Virus record (IMG/VR): IMGVR_UViG_3300023184_000025
Span: 1 to 64,000 of that record
Strand: one strand, 5' to 3'
DNA length: 64,000 nucleotides
Shown: piece by piece, positions 28,758 through 40,100 of the stretch
Numbering within the stretch: position 1 is the first letter of the stretch
Layout of the letters: each line of letters opens with the position of its first letter
Program-made: the position numbers and the translations under genes
The notes under the pieces: generated by a model
Databases searched by the model: none
Seen by the model: only the letters and a program-made list of their open reading frames with translations
What the model was told of the DNA's origin: nothing

Positions 28758-28758
28758 C

Positions 28759-29184
28759 TTAAATTTTCCTGTTTTCTTCCTGTGCCATCTGACGTGCTGT
28801 TTTTAATGGTTCTTGTTTGACCTGTCTTGCTCTGGCAATGGCCGCGGCTAAACCAACAACTTCCTGAGCCTCGGGCACATCAATTGGTTTAACAAAATCA
28901 TCGTTGAAGTCTTCCGGTGCATCAGGTATGTCAACCACAGGAGTTGATGCTTCTGCTGATTTGGCACTAGAATAAATCTTTGTATCTTGTACATTTGTTT
29001 GACGTCCATATTGTTTGTTTACTCGATTGTTTCGAGAATCAATAGGACGATTCATACTGTCAATTAAATCACCACGAGCATTTACGCCCATATTACCTAC
29101 AGCACGTACTTCTTCGTTCTGAAGTTGTAGTGCCCCAAGGTCAACGGTTTTTCCGTTGGCAGTTTTATAAATTTTGCGTGTCAT
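28759..29184 (-). CDS. Hypothetical phage protein
   Basis: 141 aa with AVGNMGVNARGD motif. Confidence 0.65.
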   Translation of the reverse strand: MTRKIYKTANGKTVDLGALQLQNEEVRAVGNMGVNARGDLIDSMNRPIDSRNNRVNKQYGRQTNVQDTKIYSSAKSAEASTPVVDIPDAPEDFNDDFVKPIDVPEAQEVVGLAAAIARARQVKQEPLKTARQMAQEENRKI

Positions 29185-29207
29185 TGTCTATCCTCTTAAA
29201 ATTTTAT

Positions 29208-29732
29208 TTAACGTAAAAACTCGGTAGGGTCTAAATCATAGTGTAGACTGTCTACTTGATGTACTTCTAACAAGTACAACACATAACTGGCCACGCTAGA
29301 TCCTCGACCCACTCCCCAAATTACACGATTTTCCTTCATTACATCTACTAAGTATTTCAGATAACGCAGTAGTCCAAATAAATTACGTGCTTGAAATAAT
29401 AATAATTCTTGCCCTACTCTTTGTAGTTCTGTATCAGTTTTACAAAGAGTTAACACATGTTCAGCAATATCTAAATTTTTATAAGCATCGGGCATATACC
29501 AAGTGTCTTGTTTAAATCTGTCCCAATCTGGAATAGAAACATCACTGTTATCCGGAAATGTCCAGGTGGTCAACGACTCCGGCGCTTCCTCTAAGATTGA
29601 TACCAATTGTTCAATGTTTACAGATTCGTCAACTATGATTCCAGGCATTGAACAAACATTATACCCTTGCATGGTAAGGTCACATAGATCATGGTCGGAG
29701 AATATTAATTCTCCAAATTTATTTTTTTTCAT
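29208..29732 (-). CDS. Stand-alone fragment of DNA polymerase III alpha (DnaE) catalytic region
   Basis: R...EL......L..L..LVD......V.WGVGRGSSVASYVLYLL....D...Y.L...F; ends before the PDID motif. Confidence 0.8.
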   Translation of the reverse strand: MKKNKFGELIFSDHDLCDLTMQGYNVCSMPGIIVDESVNIEQLVSILEEAPESLTTWTFPDNSDVSIPDWDRFKQDTWYMPDAYKNLDIAEHVLTLCKTDTELQRVGQELLLFQARNLFGLLRYLKYLVDVMKENRVIWGVGRGSSVASYVLYLLEVHQVDSLHYDLDPTEFLR

Positions 29733-30330
29733 CTTTTAAAAAATCTGCAAATAACACAGTACTATGATCTTTGTCGTTTGTCAACTCGGTATTTCCCCAG
29801 TCTAGATCTAACTCTTTCCATTCAGGCATTCTATCCAATGTAATGACTTTGCTAGTTCCACGTTTCTTTTTGGAGTTATTTGCCCAACAAGGTTTAGAGT
29901 CGTTCCACCAACCTGTGTATTCAAATCCATTGATAGATTCATTTTCGTTGTGTGCATAAATCATACTGTCGCCGTGTCCACTGGATATTTCTAGGTCTGT
30001 AATAATCAGTCTAGACTCTGTGATTGCATTAAATTTTGAAAATAACACAAATCCAATCACTTGGTCAACAGGTTCACTTGGTAGGGCAATTAATCGTTGT
30101 CCAGTTTCCCTATAAGCTGTGATTATTTCGCTGTCATCAGCAATCAATACACCGTCATTCAATACTGAATCAATCCAGTAACGTATTCTTTCGTAGGCAA
30201 TATTTTGCTCATCGGGGTCACTGGTTGCTGTAATCATTTTTAATTCTATGGAATACAAGTTAATTAAAAACTTTTTTTGATAGACCATGCCTGCGGCAAA
30301 GTCAAATGTTTTTCTTAATTTAACATTCAT
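29719..30330 (-). CDS. Hypothetical protein
   Basis: 203 aa, in operon. Confidence 0.6.
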   Translation of the reverse strand: MNVKLRKTFDFAAGMVYQKKFLINLYSIELKMITATSDPDEQNIAYERIRYWIDSVLNDGVLIADDSEIITAYRETGQRLIALPSEPVDQVIGFVLFSKFNAITESRLIITDLEISSGHGDSMIYAHNENESINGFEYTGWWNDSKPCWANNSKKKRGTSKVITLDRMPEWKELDLDWGNTELTNDKDHSTVLFADFLKDEKK

Positions 30331-30566
30331 GATATATCTATTTTATCTGAAAAATCAGGACCTGATTTTTTATTTGCATCATACATTTTTTGTGTTTTTT
30401 CTCGATATTTGTTGGTGTATGTTTCTATGGCCATTCTTATTTGACCAGACAAAAATGCATTTCCTGTACGATGTGCAAAACTTAATTTTTTGTTCAAGTC
30501 GGATATCTTAGATTGTAATTCTTCTAAGCTCAGTCCGTCAATGTTGTTTATTAGTGGATGTTCCAT
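30327..30566 (-). CDS. Hypothetical coiled-coil protein
   Basis: Likely start MEHPLI at 30566, downstream of the promoter/hairpin. Confidence 0.6.
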   Translation of the reverse strand: MEHPLINNIDGLSLEELQSKISDLNKKLSFAHRTGNAFLSGQIRMAIETYTNKYREKTQKMYDANKKSGPDFSDKIDIS

Positions 30567-30570
30567 GAAT

Positions 30571-30617
30571 AAAAAAGCCCTTGATGCTATTATAGCAATA
30601 AGGGCCTGTGAGGTCAA
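30571..30617 (-). terminator. Rho-independent terminator of the structural operon, overlapping a sigma70 promoter
   Basis: GCCCTT..TGCTA-N3-TAGCA..AAGGGC followed by T6 on the minus strand; TTGACC (30617-30612)-N17-TATAAT (30594-30589). Confidence 0.7.
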
Positions 30618-30626
30618 GTGTTTTGG

Positions 30627-31508
30627 TTAAGCAAATGTCACACCGTTTGCACCAATTGCAAACCATTTTGAGTTAATATACATCAGTGTACATGCATCGC
30701 CAATGTCGTTGAATGTAATTGTGCCTGTGCCTGATGACTTCCATCCTGCATTGGTTACAGTGATAACCATATCCCCGGCGTCAGCGTACATGGCAAATAC
30801 CTTGACCTGACCAGTGTAACCGGCTGCCAGGGTAGCAGTTTCGGCAGCTGACGTGCTGAAATATGATGTAGTCAACAATATGTTTGCGGCGCCACCAGAT
30901 GCCAAGTCTTCTGAACTTGGCAAGTAAATTGGATCTAAGTTTCTGTTTTGGTCAATGATGGTAATTGTACTTCCACCATCACCAGTTTCAAATTCAAATT
31001 CATAGGTACCTGTTTTGTTAAATGTAATAATATTGCTGGCAAGGCCTTGAATGTTACTAATGCCCAGGCTAACGGCAGCAGGCAACGTCAGCGTGTGGCC
31101 GGTACTGGCCACTGTTATTTGCAAACGTAAACGTGCCACTGATCCTGCGGCTGGAAAATTAGTAAAAGAAAGAGTAATAGCGCCAGATGTTGTCAGTGTA
31201 TAGTATGGTCCGGCGGCATAGTTAATTGTTTGTGATCCAGTAACTGTTCCTAGTGCAACACGAGTTTCACTCATGTCTTGTAACTGGGCATTTTGCAATA
31301 TGCTGCCTCCCATGTTATTATCCAAGGTTGATCCGGTTAGCGCCGCTTTTAAAATTACCTTGCTCTGTAGGTCGCTGATTTCAGCCGACGCATAAGCAAA
31401 ATTGGTTTTTGTGTTGGTAAAGTTGTCACGAAAACCTTGACTGTCGTTGTCCTGACCAGCAACTGGGTAGGTGCCGTCGATGTTGTTTGGGTTGATATTA
31501 CTTGCCAT
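30627..31508 (-). CDS. Virion structural protein (baseplate/tail-fibre associated)
   Basis: YPVAGQDNDSQGFRDNF N-terminus, Thr/Gly-rich; follows the wedge gene. Confidence 0.7.
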   Translation of the reverse strand: MASNINPNNIDGTYPVAGQDNDSQGFRDNFTNTKTNFAYASAEISDLQSKVILKAALTGSTLDNNMGGSILQNAQLQDMSETRVALGTVTGSQTINYAAGPYYTLTTSGAITLSFTNFPAAGSVARLRLQITVASTGHTLTLPAAVSLGISNIQGLASNIITFNKTGTYEFEFETGDGGSTITIIDQNRNLDPIYLPSSEDLASGGAANILLTTSYFSTSAAETATLAAGYTGQVKVFAMYADAGDMVITVTNAGWKSSGTGTITFNDIGDACTLMYINSKWFAIGANGVTFA

Positions 31509-31511
31509 ATT

Positions 31512-34500
31512 TTATCCTAAAATTGTCCTCTTTGGAAATACCAGATATTTATCGTACACATCGGTGTTTGTTAATATATTAACTGGTGATATAAATCTAG
31601 TACTATTACCATCAAAGATGGTAGGAGTTGTTGGTCTTTCTGGAATATAAGTCCAGGCTCGGTAGGTTAATCCGGGTGGCGCCGCGTAAGGAACATACAG
31701 CTCTTGTCCCCTGTAGGTATTTCCATGTACAATTTTAACATAGTCATCGGCCATTACAGGCAATACTTCAGTTAAAAATACCACATTTTCAGCAGTGATA
31801 GAGATTCTATAAACACTCAAACGTTCAAGTGGAGGTATTATCACTGACTCATCATAGGTGTCATCATCGTAGGGAACTATAGCCGGTTGTGTGGGATCGT
31901 ACCCCCCTAGATAATTGCTAAAGGCTTCATCTATAGTCATTCCACCAAAGTTTTCTTGCTTCTTTAAGATAAGAGTTTCGCCGTTCAAATAACGTCCTGA
32001 TGCTCCATCTATACCACCTAGAGTTCTAATGTAATCTAACGTTTGATTATTAATTTGTGAGTACGCTAGTGTAGTAGCATACCCAACTTGTCCAATGTAT
32101 CTTAATCCCAGCGGGCGTTCTACAGTATCAAATGTGGTGGCCGCTGGTGGATACGGAATCCACTTGCCACCAAATACACTATCTTCATAAGGGAACCAGT
32201 TATAAGTCAGCGAGCGGTCTAGTTCATATCTATCAACTTCAAAGTCAATGATATTAAGCTCTTGACCAAACAGTTCTTTGATGTTATAGGCAATTCTGCC
32301 AGAACTGCCTGGGTTAACATACGCAATTACCCAGGCGGTTGTAAATCCTAAAATTTTCCCATTTGATTGTTTTGATGTCATCCACAATGGTAATACTGGA
32401 CTAATTTGTCCAACAACGTCAATCACTTGATCTCGCATGTCAACTAAACTATTTGGATACACTACTGATATCTCAGTTGAATCACCAGCATTAACAGGGT
32501 AAGCAAGGGTTACAGACTTGCCAACGCTTTGTCCTTCGTTGTTGACCAAATTGTCAATGACTTCACTGTAGACAACTTCATAGATAACCTTGCCATTGTT
32601 GTCAAGTGCTTGTGCAGTTTTAATGTCGCCAAGTGTTAGATTTTTCCAATAGTGGTTGATGTCTAAGCTAGAAATATATTTTTCTAAACTTGATGCAGTT
32701 AATCCATATGCGTGATCATATACCACATTCTGTGATATTCCAAAATTAGCATCATCCGAGCGATATATCAACTCTGCAGGAATAATATCCTGATTTTGTA
32801 CCAATTGTCCAATGATTGCACGGTCATTAAGCGGTGGCATGGCCTTGATATATAATCTTTCGTAAGGCTCGTTGTATGCACGATTCACTGTGATAGAAAA
32901 TCTACGGAACACAGACACGAGATTTATATTTGCTGTATCTTCAACTTGTACTGTGGCTGTTGCTCCAACGCCGCCACCGCCAGTGATGGTAACAGTTGGC
33001 GGAGTTACGTATCCAAATCCGCCGTTGCCCAGAGCAATACTAGTAATAACTCCGCCAACTATGGTCACTACGCCAGCACTTGCACGTTCTGACTTTGAAG
33101 TGCTTGGGGGAGCGGAAATAGTCACAGTTGGGGCGGATACATATCCTGATCCGCCGTTGGTAATCTGAATTGCCGAAACTCTATAACCCGAAACTGCTGT
33201 CTGGGGACTATATGCATTGACAGTAAAATCAAACTTTAAGTCAAATGTGGTTGGATCAGCAACAACTCGGGTACTAGGATCTGTATCAAACGTGGTTGTT
33301 CCGCTGTCCAAGGCAAATGTATTAAAACTGACTTTACCTACTATATTCCCCGAAGGCAATAATCTAAGACCCTGCGGAAGTTTGCTGTCGGAACCTGACA
33401 CCAGTTGATATTCCAAAGGACGACCCCCGGTGTTGTATGCTTCCACAGAGTAGAGACTAATAGCACCATTATCTATAATGCCTAAATCTGGGTCAGTCAA
33501 CCAAATAACATCTGTTTCCACATTGCCAATGATGGTCATTGTGTAATAGTAAAACTCAGAAATGATTGTGGGGTCGTTGGCTTTTAATACACGGATTGCA
33601 AACTTGTAGGTATTTTCTGTTGCTCCAATTGCTGGAATATACCCATAGAACCAACCAGTTGTGGGATTTAGTGAAAGACCAGGTGGGAGACTAAATGTTC
33701 CACGGTCAAAACCAACACCGTCTTCGTCGTATACTGTTCCGCTGGCGTCAAATCCAATGCCGGCGCCCACAGTTAAACTGTATTCAATTGGATCCCCGTC
33801 AAAGTCTATGGCGTCAAATTTAAATGCAAAGAAATTGTCAGCTCTGATCCTGCCTAGGTCGCCAGGAGGGGTAATCATCACTGGAGTACGTATAGGAACA
33901 ACGTCGGCAGTGATAAATGTGTTGTCTGCTGTGAAATCTGTGGTGTCGGCACTCATTGAATCTTTGCTGTATACAAATATTTCAAAAGTGCGTATGTTAC
34001 TGTCTTTGCCATCACTGAGTTCTAGGCTAAATTGATAATTTTTACTGGTACTACGTGTTGAAAAATCAAAAGGATATTGTTCATACTGAGACATATCGTA
34101 GCCGGGTTCGGCTGTGCCTGGCACCCCAGTCAATGGTTTAATAATTCCAGTTATTAATCCTGAAGAAGTAACAATTAATCCAGGAGGAAGTGTGCCCGAC
34201 AAGTAACTGACTTTTACAGTATCACCAGGATCAGTGTCTATGTACTGAATCTGGATGTGTACTTCTGTACCGTCATAGAATGTGCCAATGTTGCCTGGTG
34301 GAGTAATAAAGTCAGGAGCATCTTGCCCTGTAACTGTTAGCTCAAAGGTGCGGTCAGTCAGGCGGTCTACAACTTCTTTTCCGTTGACTAATTTTTCAGT
34401 GTATGCTCGGACTGCAAATCTATAGGTAACATCTCTAGAAACCTCTGCAGGAACACCTTGTAGACTGGCAATTGCTTTTGGGACGCCTTCAATAATACCA

Positions 34501-34661
34501 GTTTTACGACATTGGATTCCATCGGGCAGTTGTCCGGCAATCATTCGGTAATAAACGTCTTCGCCGTATGTTTCAGCCAAAATTGGAACTTGGTAAAATA
34601 TACCCTCGGGTATAGTACCTAAGTTGCCAGCCGCGGTGATCCAAGTTGGTTGGATTGACAT
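31512..34661 (-). CDS. Large baseplate wedge-like structural protein with Ig-like repeats
   Basis: Repeated W.T..G.LG...LP.GL.....G.I.G units; I.I.NGG.GY...PTVTI repeats. Confidence 0.72.
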   Translation of the reverse strand: MSIQPTWITAAGNLGTIPEGIFYQVPILAETYGEDVYYRMIAGQLPDGIQCRKTGIIEGVPKAIASLQGVPAEVSRDVTYRFAVRAYTEKLVNGKEVVDRLTDRTFELTVTGQDAPDFITPPGNIGTFYDGTEVHIQIQYIDTDPGDTVKVSYLSGTLPPGLIVTSSGLITGIIKPLTGVPGTAEPGYDMSQYEQYPFDFSTRSTSKNYQFSLELSDGKDSNIRTFEIFVYSKDSMSADTTDFTADNTFITADVVPIRTPVMITPPGDLGRIRADNFFAFKFDAIDFDGDPIEYSLTVGAGIGFDASGTVYDEDGVGFDRGTFSLPPGLSLNPTTGWFYGYIPAIGATENTYKFAIRVLKANDPTIISEFYYYTMTIIGNVETDVIWLTDPDLGIIDNGAISLYSVEAYNTGGRPLEYQLVSGSDSKLPQGLRLLPSGNIVGKVSFNTFALDSGTTTFDTDPSTRVVADPTTFDLKFDFTVNAYSPQTAVSGYRVSAIQITNGGSGYVSAPTVTISAPPSTSKSERASAGVVTIVGGVITSIALGNGGFGYVTPPTVTITGGGGVGATATVQVEDTANINLVSVFRRFSITVNRAYNEPYERLYIKAMPPLNDRAIIGQLVQNQDIIPAELIYRSDDANFGISQNVVYDHAYGLTASSLEKYISSLDINHYWKNLTLGDIKTAQALDNNGKVIYEVVYSEVIDNLVNNEGQSVGKSVTLAYPVNAGDSTEISVVYPNSLVDMRDQVIDVVGQISPVLPLWMTSKQSNGKILGFTTAWVIAYVNPGSSGRIAYNIKELFGQELNIIDFEVDRYELDRSLTYNWFPYEDSVFGGKWIPYPPAATTFDTVERPLGLRYIGQVGYATTLAYSQINNQTLDYIRTLGGIDGASGRYLNGETLILKKQENFGGMTIDEAFSNYLGGYDPTQPAIVPYDDDTYDESVIIPPLERLSVYRISITAENVVFLTEVLPVMADDYVKIVHGNTYRGQELYVPYAAPPGLTYRAWTYIPERPTTPTIFDGNSTRFISPVNILTNTDVYDKYLVFPKRTILG

Positions 34662-34662
34662 A

Positions 34663-34923
34663 TTAGAAAGTTGATCCGGCTACTCTTTTCCAAACATTAC
34701 TGCTGCCGTCGTAGTCTTGATAGCAGTAATAAAAATATTGATCATCGTAGGCAATCATTCCAGCTAGATCGCCAGTGGTGCCCACGGACGTTCCTGGAGG
34801 AATATCTTGTACACGACTATATAATTCGCCAAAATTATTGTTACATTTTGTGTATGCTGTGCGTAGAGGATCGCCAGTGCCATCGTTTGGCGAGGTTCCT
34901 ACGTTGATAATTTCTCTTGACAT
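34663..34923 (-). CDS. Short structural protein with T4 gp9/gp10-like N-terminus
   Basis: INVGTSPNDGTGDPLRTAYTKCNNNF; likely start MSREII at 34923. Confidence 0.7.
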   Translation of the reverse strand: MSREIINVGTSPNDGTGDPLRTAYTKCNNNFGELYSRVQDIPPGTSVGTTGDLAGMIAYDDQYFYYCYQDYDGSSNVWKRVAGSTF

Positions 34924-34954
34924 GCTAATCCTTGTTCTCAATATTTATGGCGTT

Positions 34955-35686
34955 TTACAATCCGTAGTCCAGTGCTAGAGCATTGTAGTTTTGTTTTATT
35001 TGGTCAGCATTTAAGGCTCGTCCATAAATGGCACATACACCCATGTCACCACGCCAGTAGTTGTCTGACCGAGCCACTGCTTCTATTCCACTGTTTATAA
35101 ATTGAGTAAATGTTATGCCGGTTGCTGGTGTGCCTATCTGTTGTCCGTTGACGTAATAAGTCACTACTCCACCGGTGGTTTGTGTAACAGCTACCACTAT
35201 CCACTGGTTATCTGTCACTGTGAAAGATGAAGATATTGGGCCTGCCCATGGACTATTGGGACCGGTGCTAAACTGCATTTGCCAAGTGCTTCCCGACACG
35301 TGATACATGTAGGTATTGAAGTTACGAGCGTTACCGCTGCCACCAAACAAGTTACGATAAATGGCATTGCCGGTGTTGGCACTAACAGTTCTAATTGCAA
35401 ACATTGTGGTTTTACCTGTATAGACCACATTCATTTTAGATGTTGTCACAGGAGCATACTGACTAGTACCATTGAAACTGAAGTAACTGGCTGTGCCAGC
35501 ATTGGTAAAGGTTGGACTGCCAGTCAGGGTAGCATTGTTTTGATAAATGCTAAGGTCTGTCCAGGTAGTTCCTGAACCTGAATAACTGGCGCTGTTACCA
35601 GCGTCTAGGTATAGCAGGGCACCGTTGCTGTTAAACGATGCATCGTACGCTGATATTCCTGTTAATGTTACACCTTGTATGATCAT
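34955..35686 (-). CDS. Concanavalin A/LamG-like domain virion protein
   Basis: LYLDAG...SYSGSGTTW.DLS, YVNG and IYGRAL..QI.QNY motifs. Confidence 0.8.
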   Translation of the reverse strand: MIIQGVTLTGISAYDASFNSNGALLYLDAGNSASYSGSGTTWTDLSIYQNNATLTGSPTFTNAGTASYFSFNGTSQYAPVTTSKMNVVYTGKTTMFAIRTVSANTGNAIYRNLFGGSGNARNFNTYMYHVSGSTWQMQFSTGPNSPWAGPISSSFTVTDNQWIVVAVTQTTGGVVTYYVNGQQIGTPATGITFTQFINSGIEAVARSDNYWRGDMGVCAIYGRALNADQIKQNYNALALDYGL

Positions 35687-36403
35687 TTAGACTCCGTACC
35701 TTGTTCGTATTGTTGTGTAGTTGTCTTGTATTTCAGTTGATGTCAAGGCACGGTTGTATATCAATGCCTGCCCAATTTTACCATTTAAATATTCAGCACC
35801 AGATGTTTTTGCTATTTGTATTGCACTAGATGTTACATTGTGCCCACTTGTAGTTTGTGTACCAATTTGTACTCCGTTGACCCAAATACTTCTATTAGTT
35901 CCATCATACTGTGCCACAGCATTAAACCACTGAGTAGCAGGTGATAGTGTTGCAGTTGCAGAAAAATCATTGGCCCACCAATAATTTAACAAAACATTAG
36001 TACCGCTAGCTCTAAAAGCATTTGATTGATTGCTAGAACCAAATGGTCCAACGCTTATCATGCCACTACTGCCCCAACTTGAGCCTAGTTGTATCCACAC
36101 GCTTAGTGTATAGTTACTGTTGCCAGTCGGAAGATTTGTTCCGGTAGCATTGGTAAACCAACCGCTGGATCCAGTAGTAAAGTATGCTCCGTTCGACCTG
36201 GTAAATGAGATACTGCCCGAGTTTTGCATCGCAACATCGTTGCTGTTGCCGCTTAAATCATACCAGGTAGTACCCGAACCGGAATAACTTGAGGAACTGG
36301 CCGCATCTAGATACAGTTGTAATCCCGATGTCACTGGCACAGGATCAAATGGAACAGTGACCGCAACATTATTATTGATCAGGGCCATCATTGCTCCACT
36401 CAT
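35687..36403 (-). CDS. Concanavalin A/LamG-like domain virion protein (paralog of the adjacent gene)
   Basis: GLQLYLDA...SYSGSGTTWYDLSGN and IYNRALT..EI..NY motifs. Confidence 0.8.
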   Translation of the reverse strand: MSGAMMALINNNVAVTVPFDPVPVTSGLQLYLDAASSSSYSGSGTTWYDLSGNSNDVAMQNSGSISFTRSNGAYFTTGSSGWFTNATGTNLPTGNSNYTLSVWIQLGSSWGSSGMISVGPFGSSNQSNAFRASGTNVLLNYWWANDFSATATLSPATQWFNAVAQYDGTNRSIWVNGVQIGTQTTSGHNVTSSAIQIAKTSGAEYLNGKIGQALIYNRALTSTEIQDNYTTIRTRYGV

Positions 36404-37035
36404 TATGCCACTCCAGTGCCGTTAATGAACCAAGTATTGGTGGCAACTTTTATCAGAGTGGCCATGCCAAATGTGGATACGGTTCTGTTGCCAGCAGTGG
36501 CATTGCCAGCTAGATATAGTGTAACGCCGGACCCTTGTGCCACTGTGATATTACCGGTACCTTGATTGATAACAGTCACTGCCGATCCAGTCTGAAATGC
36601 TTGACTGGCATTGTTGGCAATGGTCAGTATGTAGTTGATGCTCTGTGTAGAATAGAAATGCTTGCCAGCGTCAGCAGTAGCTACAGTGGCATTGCCTGTG
36701 AATGCCACCTGCGGTATGTCTCGATAACCCAGAGAAAAGCCGCTGACATTGCCAGTCACGTTGCCACCAGTAACCAAGTTGTCACCTGTGACATTTCCTG
36801 ACGCTAAAATTTCACCAGTGACTGCTAACCCATCTTCTATGTTCACATAAGATGAATCATCACTAACAATATTGTTAATTACAAGATTAACTGCTGATAA
36901 ATTTCCACCAGTGATATTGCCTGTGGCTGTCAGCGTGTTTGTTTTGATATCGTCAAGTGCTACATCACCAATAGAGCCCTCTAATGGATTGCGTATTGTT
37001 CTTGCTATGCCATCTGTGCCTTTTAAAAATCCCAT
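36403..37035 (-). CDS. Tail-fibre-related protein
   Basis: GNITGGN repeats, GYRDIPQ, and C-terminal G.ATLIKVATNTW.I.G. Confidence 0.7.
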   Translation of the reverse strand: MGFLKGTDGIARTIRNPLEGSIGDVALDDIKTNTLTATGNITGGNLSAVNLVINNIVSDDSSYVNIEDGLAVTGEILASGNVTGDNLVTGGNVTGNVSGFSLGYRDIPQVAFTGNATVATADAGKHFYSTQSINYILTIANNASQAFQTGSAVTVINQGTGNITVAQGSGVTLYLAGNATAGNRTVSTFGMATLIKVATNTWFINGTGVA

Positions 37036-37106
37036 AACTGTTCCTTTGTTTTTTGTGTTATTTTGATATAATCATTAGATCAATCTTTCAATCATTGATC
37101 GATACA

Positions 37107-40100
37107 TTAACTGATTGCGATCCAACCGTAACGCACAGTTTGAGCACTACCGCTGGTGTTATTGATACCAAAGTCAAATCTATTGGTTGTTGCACTTGGC
37201 GCGGTATTACTGCGAACTATGGCATTTGCTGTACCTACAAACTGATTGGGTATGCTGGTAAAGTCAATGGGTGTGCCGCCGCCGTTGTAGACCCAGGCAT
37301 ACTGATAACCCACAACAGGCACATTGGTATTAGTAACAGTAGCCGTGGCGTTCCAAACCAAGATACCATTGGGAATATTGCAATCAACCCACATTTGATA
37401 GGTCTCGTTGATACCCACAGTGAAACTTTGAGTGCTGTTGCCTGTAGGCACAGTCCAAGTGCTTGAAAACCTTGTGACCGCATCCACTGGTGTGTTGTTG
37501 GCATAGTTTACGGCAAATGTGTTGCCGGGCAAAGTCAAGTTGCCGGTGTTGTTAAATGTCCAATTGTATGAACCGGCTACTAGGGTCACATTGGCGCTGG
37601 TTCCTTGAACATTGCCTGTGATACTAATATTACCAATCAAGTTGCCGGCTGTGATGTTGCCTGTAGTACTAATAGTATTGCTACCATATGCAGCCAAGAA
37701 TGTGGCCACATTGGCATTGCCGTAACTTGCGGCTATACCAGTTAGTTGTGATCCGTTACCAATAAAAAAGTTACCAGAAACATTGGCGGTTGTTGTAATA
37801 TTACCAGTTGAGCTGATTGGATTTGAGCCAAGTGCAGCCAAGTTGGCTACCACATTAGCATTGCCATATGTGGCTGGTAATCCAGTAAGTTGACTGCCGT
37901 TACCAATAAAGTAGTTGCCAGTGACGTTGCCTGTGGCCGAGATCAAACCATTTGTTAATATGTTACCACCAGTGATGTTGCCAGAGGAGGGCTCAACAGT
38001 GGCATAGTTTACATACTTTATGACGCCATCATAGGTCATTATACTCATGGCACCGTTGGAGGTGATATCTTGTGTGACTACAGGAGCCGGCAAGTTAGTC
38101 AATTCACTGCCGTTGCCTTTAATGTAAGCACCGGTGACATTGCCTGTAGCACTGATGTTGCCAGGCGCTGCCAAGTTACCACTAGCACCAAACACCCAAG
38201 TGTTGCCACCGGTTTCAATATTGACATGGCCTTCGTTGGCTTGACCATTGCCTGAAGCACCGCCCCAGATATTGACATTGCCACCGGTTGCGGTACCATA
38301 CCCACCGTATATTTTTACATCGCCACCTATGGTGTTACCTTGACCGCCGGTTACATTAACATATCCACCCACAGTATTACTGTAACCGCCGGTGATATCA
38401 ATATAACCTGGGTTGCCACCGGTAGTGGCTGCATCGCCTGCTTCCATACGAATGTATCCGCCTGAACCACCTGCACCACCTACTGTGTTTGCACCACCTT
38501 GACCACCACGAATTTTAATGTCTCCGCCTGAACCACTAGCATTGCCACCACGTCCGGCCCATAAGTAGATGTCACCACCTTCACCACCTTGATAACCTTC
38601 GCCTGGATTAATTACTAGTCGCTGACTACTATCACCATTAATACCGAGTACACCATCCGGTGTTGAAATGATTGCTTCTTGTGTGGCATTGCCAAACAAT
38701 AATGTTTGGCCGCTAATTGTGCCACTTGGATTGTCACCGCGCTGTGTAGTTAATGTTGGGAATATGGTTTCACCAGCCGCACCAAATGTCCAGTTGGACT
38801 CTACAAAGTTGTTGTTGCCTTGATTGCCCAGTACATTATATTGGGTCAGTCTAAATGTTGCCGCACCATTGCCAGCAGTCATGGTGATCACATCACCGTC
38901 CTGATAGTTTCCATCACCTGGATTGATAACTGAAGCATTGACCACCTGACCACTTAGGCCATAACCATACGCCACTGTGAGTCCTGTACCCGAACCGCCA
39001 GTGGTGGCTGAAAAACTGCCACCACCACCATAACCACTGCCACCGGTCAGTATGGTGCAGATGTTGAATTGTCCACCGGCTGTTAAGGTCAATCCTTCTA
39101 GGTTGACTACCCTGCCAGTGGTGTCAAATGTCCACTGCGCTGAGTTGCCCACATTATCATTGCTGTTGATCACAACATTGCCGGTGTTGGCCAGCTTGAC
39201 ATACAAGTTATCGTTGCCCAGGAACAGTTCAGTGTTGTACAAGTTACCCGAGGTCAAGTGCAAGTGATTGGCATCAGCGGTAGGATCAGCCGTTGGATAA
39301 ATCAACAACTGTTGATCAGTACTGGTTCCGCCCTGTGGTGTTAAGGCAATGGTATTGCCAGACAATACACCTCCAGGAATATTGGTTTCATAAACTATGC
39401 CACCCCGTGGTAGAGTTAAATTACCGTCGTATTCAAACGTCCAAGTATAAGGGGTTCCCGCATCAGATTGTATAGAAACCTTGCCATCAACATTGACAGC
39501 GACATTGGCACCTGTATCACGGCCAATGATGACATTTTCACCGTTGCCGGCAATATGAATGTCTGGGCCTGCACCACCCGTTAAGAAGATATCTAAATAA
39601 GCACTGGCATTAGCAGGATCTGGCTGTAAACGCAAGTTACCATCACCAATGATGTTGACGTCATCAAAGGTCACATTGCCGGTGTCGGCAGTTGAGATGC
39701 CAGTGAGTTGACTACCGTTGCCAAGGAAATAATCCGCAGTGACGTTGCCTCGAGTCTCTATGTCCCCGATCACATTGAGTCCGTCTTGGATGGTCACAAA
39801 CGAACTGTCATCACTGCTGATGTTATTGGTAATGATAGTGGATGCAGTAACGGTACCATCTGTGCTGATTACCAAAGGAATAGTACTTGCTGTTCTGTTC
39901 CGGACACTGAAGTCGTTGCTGCCATTGCCTAGGATACCAAAGTCCCATTGTTGGGTTGCATTTGCTTGGTCCTGAACTGACATGTAAGCACTACGGGGTG
40001 TGTTGTAGTTGTCATCATAGCCAACCACTGTTATACCCGGTCCGGCAACGATATCAAAATCTGTACTTTCCACTCTTGGTGTGTTGACTGTCACATAAGA

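Noticed and set aside
29719-30330. QueD/T-fold enzyme suggesting 7-deazaguanine DNA modification
   Set aside because: The resemblance is superficial; there are no catalytic Cys/His motifs and no queC/queE/folE/dpdA recognised in the window.
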